A stretch of 64,000 nucleotides of DNA. Origin: Thermotogota bacterium (GTDB lineage: Bacteria; Thermotogota; Thermotogae; MWEM01). How positions within the stretch are numbered: the first letter of the stretch is position 1; each line of letters opens with the position of its first letter. Location of the stretch: positions 40,248 through 104,247 of the forward strand of contig DAOTHY010000002.1 of the NCBI GenBank assembly GCA_035447925.1, in the 5' to 3' direction. The notes below the pieces were generated by a model. That model was not told the origin of the DNA and made no database searches. It worked only from the letters and a program-made list of their open reading frames with translations. Below are positions 18,503 through 27,461 of the stretch, one piece after another. Both the position numbers and the translations under genes were made by a program.

Positions 18503-19973
18503 AATACTTCAGTTATTCATTATTTTAACCTTAGGATTCCCTTTTCTCATTCCTTTTTTTAAGAAATGGGTCCGTTCGATTCTGTTCGCCTATGTTGGTT
18601 TATCTTTTTTATTTTTAGTGTTTTTTTATCTCAATCGGGAATCATTCCCTATCCATTTTGTTTTTGGCGGTTGGAGTCAGTCATTTGGCATAGAAGTCGT
18701 CTTTTCCCAAGAATCACTCCTTTTTATAGCCACAACCAATATCGTTTTTTTATCTGTTCTGTTTGTTTCATTATCCCCAAAAAAAGAATGGCATTATTAT
18801 TTTTTGCTTAACCTTTTACATGCTGATATCACTTGCCTTTTTGTAGCAAATGACTTGTTCAACATCTACGTGACTCTGGAATTACTTTCACTTTTATGCT
18901 ATCTGTTAATCTCCATTGAATTACAAAAAAGACAGATATGGTCCAGCTTGAAATATATGATTCTGGGGGCGATCGGTTTTAATCTGTATTTAATCGGAAC
19001 AGCCATTCTTTATGGTGAAACAGGCACACTTAATCTAACAACGATATCTTCACTGAATTATGATAATTATTTTGCGATCATCATGATAATGATTCCCCTT
19101 TTGATTAAATCAGAAGTGTTTTTCTTCAGCATGTGGGTTCCTTCCGCTCAGACTGAGTCCGAAGGTACTGTTTCGGCCATTCTTTCTGCCGTGGTTGTAA
19201 ACGCCGGGTTATTTCACTTATTCAGATTATCCAATGCCCTTCATTCACAAATGGTCCAAATATTCCTGCTTATCATCGGTTTATCGACCATTTTGTTTGG
19301 AGCCGTGTTTTCTTTATTTCAGCGAGACATGAAAATGATTTTAGCTTTTTCAACGATGTCTAACGTAGGATTTGTACTAATTCTATTAACAGATATTGGG
19401 ATGGCCTATGCCTGTTCTCATTCTCTCTACAAATCACTACTTTTCTTAACAGTGGGGTATTTTATAACAATCTCCGGCAGTAAAGATTGCAAAAAGCCCG
19501 CCATTGTCGTTCCGATCAGTCTATACGTGGCATTTATTACAGGGTTTTTATCTCTTGCCGGTATTCCTTACTTCATAGGAGGCGTTTTTAAACACCAGAT
19601 CATCTTCAATAATCATCTGATCACTTCGCTATTACTCCTATTGATTTCTATTCTCTCAATTGTACCTTTAATCAGAATCTTTGTGTTAATGAAACCAGGA
19701 CATCGTTTTTTTTCAAAACCATTTGTCGATATTGGACTTCTTATATTGTCTTTTGTTGTCCTTTTTTTTGGTATTAGAACCACTATCAATTATTTTTCTT
19801 ATGATTTACTGATGGAAGCATTCATCGTTTTAGGTATCAGCTTTGCTGTCTTCATTATTTTTTCAAAAAGAGTAAACCTATTCTATCCTTACAAACTCTT
19901 TAAATTATCCAATTCTTTAGCCATTTATTCGTTCATGATAGGGATTATCATCACTTTATCCTTATTAGCATGA
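18492..19973 (+). CDS. MrpD/NuoL/NuoN-family proton-translocating antiporter-like subunit (copy 1)
   Basis: ~14 TM helices, PF00361-like core (LYGETGTLNL, WVPSAQTESEG..AILSAV). Overlaps the mrpC-like stop. Confidence 0.75.
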   Translation: MNPEILQLFIILTLGFPFLIPFFKKWVRSILFAYVGLSFLFLVFFYLNRESFPIHFVFGGWSQSFGIEVVFSQESLLFIATTNIVFLSVLFVSLSPKKEWHYYFLLNLLHADITCLFVANDLFNIYVTLELLSLLCYLLISIELQKRQIWSSLKYMILGAIGFNLYLIGTAILYGETGTLNLTTISSLNYDNYFAIIMIMIPLLIKSEVFFFSMWVPSAQTESEGTVSAILSAVVVNAGLFHLFRLSNALHSQMVQIFLLIIGLSTILFGAVFSLFQRDMKMILAFSTMSNVGFVLILLTDIGMAYACSHSLYKSLLFLTVGYFITISGSKDCKKPAIVVPISLYVAFITGFLSLAGIPYFIGGVFKHQIIFNNHLITSLLLLLISILSIVPLIRIFVLMKPGHRFFSKPFVDIGLLILSFVVLFFGIRTTINYFSYDLLMEAFIVLGISFAVFIIFSKRVNLFYPYKLFKLSNSLAIYSFMIGIIITLSLLA

Positions 19974-19996
19974 AATCAGTAGGAGATGTTCACTGA

Positions 19997-21481
19997 ATGT
20001 TAAGTACTCTATTACAAACCATCGTCATTCTTTGTCTTGCCATGCCATTTCTGATTCCAGTTTTTAAGAAACATGCGAAACGAATCCCGTTGATACAAAT
20101 TGTTATTTTCTTAATTTGTCTTCTTTTTCTTTATCAACAGAAAGACAACTTACCGTTAAAATTGGTTTTTGGAGGATGGCAACATACAATCGGGATAGAA
20201 ATCTTATTGGATGTGAATGCACTCCTTTTTTTGGCTGCAACATATATTGTTTTTTTAAGTGTCATTATTTATTCATCGAAAAAGGGACATGATTGGAAAT
20301 ATTATTTTCTAATTAACCTTCTTTTGTCGGATCTCACTTGTCTGTTTCTTGCCAATGATTTGTTCAATATTTATGTAACTCTGGAATTGATGTCATTAAT
20401 ATCATACTTACTGATTTCAATGGAATTTAAAAGCAGGCAAATCTGGTCCAGCTTGAAATACATGATACTGAGCGCTGTCAGTTTTAATCTCTATTTGGTG
20501 GCAACCGCCATGATTTACAATGAATACGGGACTTTGAACATCGATCTGATTGCTACACATGTGATTAAGAACCCCTTTTCCTTATTTCTTTTAACCACTG
20601 CTTTGTTAATCAAATCGGGTATCTTTTTTTACAGTATGTGGCTACCATCAGCACATTCGGATTCTGAAAGCTCAATTTCAGCTATTTTATCTGGAGTTAT
20701 CGTTAATGCGGGGATTTTTCACGTTTTAAGAATTAATAACGCAATAAACTGCGTTGAAATCTCAAGATATATCATAATCATTGGAATTGTCAGTGCAATA
20801 TTCGGTGCTTATTTTTCGATCAAACAGAAGGATATAAAGTTAATTCTGGCTTTCAGTACTTTGTCTCAAATGGGATTCATTCTGGAAGGGTTAAGTTCTT
20901 ATGGACCACAATACGCTTTTTCACATGCCATCTTCAAAGCTTTATTGTTCCTTTGTGCAGGTTATTATCAGCAACTTTTTTCCACCAGAAATATTGAAAC
21001 GTCTAAAAAAGAGATACCCATTTCTCTTTTTTTAGCCATATGGATTGGATTTTTCTCAATATCCGGTCTCCCTTTTTTCTTAGGATCATACTATAAGCAC
21101 GAAATCATGGCATTAACTAGTCCGTTTATTTCATATGGTCTCTTTTTTGCCACCATAGGATCGGTTATTTCAGTAGGAAAATTCGCTTTTGTTGTTAGAC
21201 CTTCAAAGAACGCAATGCATTTTTCTGAAAAAGACTATTCAATTATGCTTCTTTCAATCATCTGTATCATATTTGGTACATTAGGTAGCATAAATCATCT
21301 GGATTTTGAACACTTATTGGAACCTGAGATTCTTTTTGCATTAGGTTTATTTGTTTTATTCACCTTATCAAAAAAAATAAAAATTCATTATCCTTATAAA
21401 CTTTTTAAGCTTAGTAATGTCATAACAATCTATACAGTAATTATTGGAGTGATTGTAGCCTGGACTTCCCTTGCGTTCTAA
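19997..21481 (+). CDS. MrpD/NuoL/NuoN-family antiporter-like subunit (copy 2, tandem paralogue of the previous gene)
   Basis: Co-linear similarity with copy 1 along the whole length (MPFLIPVFKK vs FPFLIPFFKK; WLPSAHSDSESSISAILSGV vs WVPSAQTESEGTVSAILSAV). RBS AGGAG 11 nt upstream. Confidence 0.75.
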   Translation: MLSTLLQTIVILCLAMPFLIPVFKKHAKRIPLIQIVIFLICLLFLYQQKDNLPLKLVFGGWQHTIGIEILLDVNALLFLAATYIVFLSVIIYSSKKGHDWKYYFLINLLLSDLTCLFLANDLFNIYVTLELMSLISYLLISMEFKSRQIWSSLKYMILSAVSFNLYLVATAMIYNEYGTLNIDLIATHVIKNPFSLFLLTTALLIKSGIFFYSMWLPSAHSDSESSISAILSGVIVNAGIFHVLRINNAINCVEISRYIIIIGIVSAIFGAYFSIKQKDIKLILAFSTLSQMGFILEGLSSYGPQYAFSHAIFKALLFLCAGYYQQLFSTRNIETSKKEIPISLFLAIWIGFFSISGLPFFLGSYYKHEIMALTSPFISYGLFFATIGSVISVGKFAFVVRPSKNAMHFSEKDYSIMLLSIICIIFGTLGSINHLDFEHLLEPEILFALGLFVLFTLSKKIKIHYPYKLFKLSNVITIYTVIIGVIVAWTSLAF

Positions 21482-22577
21482 GAAAGGCTTCGAGTATTAA
21501 GGGGTCGTACTTCTCAAACTGTTCTTCAACTATTTCTTTGATAGCCAAATCCGATGTTTGTTTTGTTTTATAAATCCTCTTTGATGTTATGGCATCAAAG
21601 ACATCTGCCACTGAAACAATTTTTGAAAACAAGTCTATTTTGTGACCCTTTAGTCCGTTTGGATAGCCACTACCATCAATTCTTTCATGATGTTGGAAAA
21701 TGATTGTTTTAGTCATTTCAATAATGGCAGACATTTCAGGGGTGAATAAATCATCGTGCAAATAATTTGTATTTGGGAAAGCAGTGCAGATGATTTCCAT
21801 TCCTTTCATACTATGGGTTTTGATAATTTCAAATTCCTCTTTTGTCAATTTTGAAGGTTTACTCAAAATGATATCAGGAATAGCTAATTTACCAATATCA
21901 TGAATAGTGGCAGCCAATTTTAAAGCCTCAAGGGTTAGAGGATTAAACTTGTTTATGATATCGGTTCGGGATAATTCATGTGCTAAATACCAAGTCTGGA
22001 CTGCTATTTCATGAGAATAAATAGCAACCCTTTCCATATGCGGGAAAGTCTCGTCACCTTTTAACTCAAGAATCTTTCTATAGCTTAAAAAAAGGTGTCT
22101 GATTTTTATCAAAGAATGATAAAACTTTATGATTTTTGAACGCAATTGTATTCTCTCTGTTTCTAACAGCTCTAAAAAAGACTTACGAGAAAAAACATCC
22201 GCTTCCAGAAAAATAAAAATATAGAACCGGATTTGATTAATTTTCCCTAAAGGAATGCGGTAGAATTGTGTAATGCGATTTTTTATCATGCATTCTGTAA
22301 AGCTGCTTTTTTGACACTGAGTCACATACCGAAGCGGAAGTTGATCAATAAAAACTATCTCTTTTTCCTGAAAAATGTGATTGATCTGAGAAAGACTGAT
22401 TTGTTCTTGAAAGAACAAAGGCAATTGGGCACATTGTGAGATCTGATAAGAAGAATGATAACCCCTGTGATCAATATGAGAAAGATATATTCCTTTAATT
22501 TCCTTATTCCCCAAAAGTCGACATGCACCAAATGATAGCACATCTTCATATGCTTCAATAATAGCTGGACCCCCCAA
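21441..22577 (-). CDS. HD-GYP domain phosphodiesterase (cyclic-di-GMP type) with uncharacterised N-terminal ~170-aa domain
   Basis: HD motif 'IHDIGKLAIPD', 'HHERIDGSGYP' (GYP motif). 3' end overlaps the convergent mrpD-like gene by ~40 nt. True start may be internal. Confidence 0.75.
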   Translation of the reverse strand: MGGPAIIEAYEDVLSFGACRLLGNKEIKGIYLSHIDHRGYHSSYQISQCAQLPLFFQEQISLSQINHIFQEKEIVFIDQLPLRYVTQCQKSSFTECMIKNRITQFYRIPLGKINQIRFYIFIFLEADVFSRKSFLELLETERIQLRSKIIKFYHSLIKIRHLFLSYRKILELKGDETFPHMERVAIYSHEIAVQTWYLAHELSRTDIINKFNPLTLEALKLAATIHDIGKLAIPDIILSKPSKLTKEEFEIIKTHSMKGMEIICTAFPNTNYLHDDLFTPEMSAIIEMTKTIIFQHHERIDGSGYPNGLKGHKIDLFSKIVSVADVFDAITSKRIYKTKQTSDLAIKEIVEEQFEKYDPLILEAFLRTQGKSRLQSLQ

Positions 22578-22655
22578 TTATTCTTCAACAAAGAGGATTA
22601 TAACATACACTTCATGAATACAATCTTTTTATGATAAATTTGTCTGAATGATTCA

Positions 22656-23888
22656 CTATGCCCAGAATTGTTCCAATTCTTCGGTATCTTTTTTTTCTTT
22701 TGGTACAATTTCTTCCAAGGCGTTTTTTTCGCTTTTTGAATCTTTTATCATATCCAAAAATTCAACAGTCGTCTTTACAACCTGCCTCATTTCAACAAAT
22801 TTATCTCCATGAAAAGGAGAGGTAAGTTTTTCCTGCAACGTATCAAGTGTACTTTTTGAAAGTGAGATATGCGGTTTGATGTGATAAGCCTGTGAATAAA
22901 CTTCGATTATGATTTGTACAAAATCAGTATAGATAGCAGGTGATACTGGCTTAAGAATTTGAACTGTGGATTCAGTGGTTGTACTCATTTCAGTTTTCAG
23001 ACGATCGTAAAGAGCCAGATAGCTGTTAACACCTCTTTCAGAATTCTCAAACCATTGTGGTGTTCCCAGCCAGATACAAAATAAATTAGGCAGCTCTTTT
23101 GAAGAGAGCATATCCATAATCCCTCTTAGGGCTTCATATCCTTTCATGGCAACATTTTTTCTTTGATCCTGCATCAATTCCAATTCATCGAATACAATAA
23201 CAACCCCACTATATTCAATAGCTCTGGATAACTTTAAGATATCCTTTAAGAAAAGAAAACTTTCTTCTTTACTCTCAACTTTCCGAGAGATCTTGACCTT
23301 TTTTAATTCGTGAAAACTAATCTTCCTTCCCGACATCCAGTCCACAATCTTCTTTTTTTCATCATCTCGCTTTAGAATATGCGCCTTCACAAACTCCGAT
23401 AATCCCATATTAAAATCATTTGTAAATTCATACTCAAGAACTTTTTCTTTAATTCTATTGATAAATATCTCGTCCTGACCTCTCTCGATGCCCTGCATCT
23501 CCAGCTCAGATATCAGCTTTTCGGACCATTGTGAAAGTAGATAAAACAGCGAATCCCCAGAAAATTCAGGTGTGATGATACCATTGATAATCTGCTGATA
23601 AAATTCGACAGGCTTATTCAAAGGAGGCTCTGAAACATAGATGGGCAGAAGGTTTTTTTCTAATCCACTTTCTAAAGCAATTCTTCCTAACAAAGTTTTA
23701 CCGGTTCCATAATCTCCTAAAAACACCTTTAAAGCGCTTCCACCAGCAGCAACAAATTCAATATCTTTTTTAAGAATTTGTGTTTCTCTCTCTCTGCCCT
23801 TAATGATTCTGGATGCTGCTCCAAAAGGTAAGTCTGACCCATTTCTGAGTGATCTGACAATCTCTTCTTCAAATGTTGGCATTACCAA
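22656..23888 (-). CDS. Uncharacterised P-loop NTPase (~410 aa; Walker A GDYGTGKT, Walker B VVIVFDELE), AAA/ORC-like spacing
   Basis: Walker A 'FLGDYGTGKTLLGRIAL' at ~aa 57–73, Walker B 'GVVIVFDELELMQ' ~160 aa later, ~170-aa C-terminal helical region. No second catalytic domain recognised. Start overlaps the downstream partner's stop by 7 nt. Confidence 0.6.
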   Translation of the reverse strand: MVMPTFEEEIVRSLRNGSDLPFGAASRIIKGRERETQILKKDIEFVAAGGSALKVFLGDYGTGKTLLGRIALESGLEKNLLPIYVSEPPLNKPVEFYQQIINGIITPEFSGDSLFYLLSQWSEKLISELEMQGIERGQDEIFINRIKEKVLEYEFTNDFNMGLSEFVKAHILKRDDEKKKIVDWMSGRKISFHELKKVKISRKVESKEESFLFLKDILKLSRAIEYSGVVIVFDELELMQDQRKNVAMKGYEALRGIMDMLSSKELPNLFCIWLGTPQWFENSERGVNSYLALYDRLKTEMSTTTESTVQILKPVSPAIYTDFVQIIIEVYSQAYHIKPHISLSKSTLDTLQEKLTSPFHGDKFVEMRQVVKTTVEFLDMIKDSKSEKNALEEIVPKEKKDTEELEQFWA

Positions 23889-24613
23889 TCACCTCTGACT
23901 TCTTCCTGAATCGCTTTGATTTTCTCCTCTGTCAACCCATCTCCCCATTTCACGAGCATTTTATCACCGGCATTTTTTATCATCAATACAGGCAATCCGT
24001 CAATAATAAACTTTCTACTCAGTTTTGGAATCTGGAATTGTGGCATATTCACTTCTTCCTGCAGTTGTGAAATGGTTTGCCATGAGTATGGTTCTTGCGC
24101 CAATAATTGTTTTAGCAACCATATTTCGTTATTACTCATCTTTTCAAGTTTTTCTTTTATTTTGTCATGAAAATTCTGATGAATAGCGTTCTCTTCGACA
24201 ACTGGAGGTTCTGAAAGATCTTTCTGCTCTTGGTCGTCGCTCTGTAAAGGTAAAGATTGATCCGATGTGTGATTCGGACTTTTCTGCTTTTTAATATCCG
24301 CTTTTAAATACATCGTTTTGATCAGATCGGTATCGCCTTTAAGGGCTAACAAAAGCTTTTTAAGAAGATTGAGATTTTTGGTTGACACAGACTCATGATT
24401 TACTTTATTGTCGCTGATCATTTTTTGGAGAAATACTAATCTCTTTTCCACTGAATCGATTTTTGTGTTGAGCTTTATGATGGCTTTATCGAAATCTTCT
24501 TTGCTTTTCTGATTTAGTTTTCTTTGTTTTTCTTCCACGTTGGATATTTTATAGTTCGTCCTCAAAGAAAAAAACAGTGTTACCATAACAATCCCCACGA
24601 TTAGATAGTCCAT
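23882..24613 (-). CDS. Membrane-anchored coiled-coil protein with C-terminal winged-helix-like domain (partner of the P-loop NTPase)
   Basis: N-terminal TM helix (YLIVGIVMVTLFFSL), Lys/Glu coiled coil, Ser/Gln/Asp/Pro linker, C-terminal ~100 aa with wHTH pattern (NNEIWLLKQLLAQEPYSWQTISQLQEEV...FIIDGLPVLMIKNAGDKMLVKW). Confidence 0.5.
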   Translation of the reverse strand: MDYLIVGIVMVTLFFSLRTNYKISNVEEKQRKLNQKSKEDFDKAIIKLNTKIDSVEKRLVFLQKMISDNKVNHESVSTKNLNLLKKLLLALKGDTDLIKTMYLKADIKKQKSPNHTSDQSLPLQSDDQEQKDLSEPPVVEENAIHQNFHDKIKEKLEKMSNNEIWLLKQLLAQEPYSWQTISQLQEEVNMPQFQIPKLSRKFIIDGLPVLMIKNAGDKMLVKWGDGLTEEKIKAIQEEVRGDW

Positions 24614-24718
24614 TTATACCCCTCATTTCCAATTTATGCCAGCAGATTATAACATGGATTTTTAAGAATACATCGAATTAAAATGTATCAGTACGATTCA
24701 AATAAAAAAAAGAAACAG

Positions 24719-24747
24719 TTGCAAAAAAAAAATCATTGGTGTATACT
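24719..24747 (+). promoter_or_regulatory. Putative sigma70 promoter for folP (TTGCAA -17- TATACT)
   Basis: -35 TTGCAA (24719–24724), 17-nt spacer, -10 TATACT (24742–24747) with upstream TG. Followed by tandem GTGGGG(GG)TATAT repeats and G-rich SD before ATG 24797. Confidence 0.45.
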
Positions 24748-24796
24748 ATCTGTGGGGTATATTTTTTTCTTATTATATGTGGGGGGTATATTACAT

Positions 24797-25906
24797 ATGG
24801 AGATGTGTATACTCGACTCTAGTGGAATTACAGAGCCGGGGTCTTTTGTTTTCGGAGATTCTTTTCTAACCTTAAAAATAACTGGTCATAAAGCAGAATT
24901 AAACAAAATACGCTTGGTAATTCGTGATTTGTTGGAAGTACGTTTTATGGGTAATCGGTTGATTGTTTTTGGTTCGGTTATTGATTTCAGGCAACTGCTT
25001 AGAACTGCTCAGAATAAACTTGAAGCAAACTTCTTTAACGACCTCAAGGCACTTATTAATTTGAATAACACCTATATTCACTTCCCGCATGCGGGCAAGC
25101 TATCATTGTCAAGACCGTTAATTATGGGGGTAATTAACGTTACGGATGATAGTTTCTACCCTCAAAGCCGGGTTTCGGATGAACAACTCTTTGAAATACG
25201 TGTCAGAAAAATGCTTGAGGACGGTGTTGATTTGATTGACATCGGAGGTGAATCATCTCGTCCCGGATCGGCTCCTGTTGATGAACAACTGGAAATAGAA
25301 CGCATAATCCCTTTCATCAAAAGACTTAGAAGAATAACTGATATCCCAATTTCTGTGGATACTTACAGGTATCAAACTGCAAAGCAAGCAATTAATGCCG
25401 GAGCAGACATGATTAATGATATCAGTGCGTTGCGATTTGACAAAGAACTGGCTTCTTTTGTTGCTTTGAATCAAATCCCAATCGTTCTCATGCATATGAA
25501 AGGAACACCAGCCACGATGCAGCAACAAGTCAAATACGTCAATGTCGTATCTGAAGTACATGCCTTTTTTAAAGAAAGAATCGCCTTTGCACAAGAAAAA
25601 GGAATTAGTCAAAAAAATGTGATTCTTGATCCCGGGATTGGTTTTGGGAAAAGAGTAGTTGACAATTTAAGAATTTTGAAAGATTTGGATTCTTTTCATT
25701 CTTTTCGACTTCCCTTGTTGTTGGGGACTTCAAGGAAGTCATTTATTGGGGAGGTGTTAAACCAAAAAGACCCGAACGAACGTCTATCTGGAACGATGGC
25801 AACAACAGCACTGGGGGTGCTGAAGGGGGCTCATATATTCAGAGTTCATGACGTTAAGGAAAATAGGGAAGTTGCAGATTTGGTTTTTAACATCCAAGAA
25901 AGTTAA
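24797..25906 (+). CDS. folP: Dihydropteroate synthase with ~90-aa N-terminal extension of unknown function
   Basis: Pterin-binding signatures 'GVINVTDDSFY', 'DIGGESSRPG', 'DPGIGFGK'. Start reassigned to ATG 24797 because the ORF-track start at 24683 lies upstream of the predicted promoter. Confidence 0.85.
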   Translation: MEMCILDSSGITEPGSFVFGDSFLTLKITGHKAELNKIRLVIRDLLEVRFMGNRLIVFGSVIDFRQLLRTAQNKLEANFFNDLKALINLNNTYIHFPHAGKLSLSRPLIMGVINVTDDSFYPQSRVSDEQLFEIRVRKMLEDGVDLIDIGGESSRPGSAPVDEQLEIERIIPFIKRLRRITDIPISVDTYRYQTAKQAINAGADMINDISALRFDKELASFVALNQIPIVLMHMKGTPATMQQQVKYVNVVSEVHAFFKERIAFAQEKGISQKNVILDPGIGFGKRVVDNLRILKDLDSFHSFRLPLLLGTSRKSFIGEVLNQKDPNERLSGTMATTALGVLKGAHIFRVHDVKENREVADLVFNIQES

Positions 25907-25942
25907 TACGGAAAACACCGTAGAACTAAGGGGGGTTCTATT

Positions 25943-27451
25943 ATGTTATTAAAAGACGTTATCGGTGTACTAAAAGAGAAAAAGCTTCTTGTGAACTTGT
26001 TCAATGTAGAAGATAATCTTGATATGTACATTGAGAATATTTCCATTCACACAAACAGTATTAAAAGCAATTCGCTATTTGTTTGTCGAAAAGGATACAA
26101 ATATGATTCTCATGCGTTGATTACCGAAGCACTTAAAGATGGGGCTGTGGGATTTATTGTGGAGCGACCGGTAGATTATGATTCAAAAGAGCCCATGATA
26201 CAAGTTACTGACAGCCGATATGCAGAATCAGTGATTGCTTCTTTCTTACATGATAATCCTCATGAAAAATTAAAGACCTTTGCCGTCACCGGTACAAACG
26301 GTAAAACAACGGTATCCACAATGATCCATTACCTGCTTAGCCGGATCGGCTTAAAAGGAACTTTGATGGGAACGGTCGAAAACATTGTTGTGGATAGGAG
26401 TTATGATTCATACAACACCACTGCCACCGCTTTAGAAATTGTCGATAATACTAAAGAAACCATCGATAAAGGTGGAACGTTTTTGAGTATGGAAGTCTCC
26501 TCTCATGCGTTATCGATGAAAAGAGTGGAAAGCATGCAGTTCGATTATGCCATTATGACGAATATTACACACGATCATCTTGATTATCATAATAATATGC
26601 AAGAATATATTGATACAAAATTCCATCTGATTGAATTACTAAAAAGCACAGGAACAGCAATTTTAAATGTTGATGATACAAATGTCAGGAAAATGATAGG
26701 TGATATTCCTATTGATAAAAAGATCAGCACTTACGGAATGAAACGAGAAGATTGCACACCTGATTATTCTGCAAGCAATATTAATGCGGATGTTAATGGC
26801 ATTGAGTTTGACTTTTATATCAAAAACAAGAAGATCAAAAGAATCAAAGTACCCATTATTGGGGATTTTAATGTTTATAACGTTCTACCTGTATTAGCCA
26901 TGTTGGATATGGAAGGATACAATATCAATTATATTGCCAAATACCTACAATCTTTCAGGGGTGTTCCGGGAAGATTTGAATTGTATTCTCATATCGGTAA
27001 TGATATCGATCTGGTAGTTGACTTTGCCCATACACCCGATGCATTGGAGAAGGTTCTGAAAAACGCCAAATCGCTTAAGAGAAGCAGGGTGATTGCTGTG
27101 TTTGGTGCAGGCGGTGATTCCGACAAAAAGAAAAGACCTCTGATGGGAAAAATTGCTTCTGAATTGGCGGACGTGGTCATCATTACCAGTGATAATCCCA
27201 AATCAGAAAATCCATTGGAAATTATCAAAGAAATAGAAGCCGGCATGGGAAACGACACACCTTATTTGCTTGTAGAAGACAGAAAATTGGCCATTGAAAC
27301 AGCTTTAAACCTTTCAAATAAAGGGGATTTGGTGGTTTTGGCAGGCAAAGGACACGAGAAATATCAATATTATGAACACACCTTTTTTCCCTTAAACGAC
27401 AGAGCTATCGCCTTTCAAATGATCAGGACACTTAAGCATCATGCATCTTAA
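25943..27451 (+). CDS. murE: UDP-N-acetylmuramoyl-L-alanyl-D-glutamate--2,6-diaminopimelate ligase
   Basis: Mur ligase P-loop 'VTGTNGKTTV', DNPR-like 'ITSDNPKSE' motif of MurE, ~500 aa. Confidence 0.9.
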   Translation: MLLKDVIGVLKEKKLLVNLFNVEDNLDMYIENISIHTNSIKSNSLFVCRKGYKYDSHALITEALKDGAVGFIVERPVDYDSKEPMIQVTDSRYAESVIASFLHDNPHEKLKTFAVTGTNGKTTVSTMIHYLLSRIGLKGTLMGTVENIVVDRSYDSYNTTATALEIVDNTKETIDKGGTFLSMEVSSHALSMKRVESMQFDYAIMTNITHDHLDYHNNMQEYIDTKFHLIELLKSTGTAILNVDDTNVRKMIGDIPIDKKISTYGMKREDCTPDYSASNINADVNGIEFDFYIKNKKIKRIKVPIIGDFNVYNVLPVLAMLDMEGYNINYIAKYLQSFRGVPGRFELYSHIGNDIDLVVDFAHTPDALEKVLKNAKSLKRSRVIAVFGAGGDSDKKKRPLMGKIASELADVVIITSDNPKSENPLEIIKEIEAGMGNDTPYLLVEDRKLAIETALNLSNKGDLVVLAGKGHEKYQYYEHTFFPLNDRAIAFQMIRTLKHHAS

Positions 27452-27461
27452 GGAGTAAGTT

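Noticed and set aside
22355-22591. 78-aa minus-strand ORF overlapping the HD-GYP 5' end
   Set aside because: It is an alternative-frame overlap with the HD-GYP N-terminus, has no motifs and is probably spurious. It only indicates that the true HD-GYP start is uncertain.
24683-24796. ORF-track start of folP at 24683 (MYQYDSNKKKK…)
   Set aside because: This stretch contains a good -35/-10 promoter and an A-rich tract that translates to poly-Lys. The start was moved to ATG 24797, downstream of the promoter and a G-rich SD.
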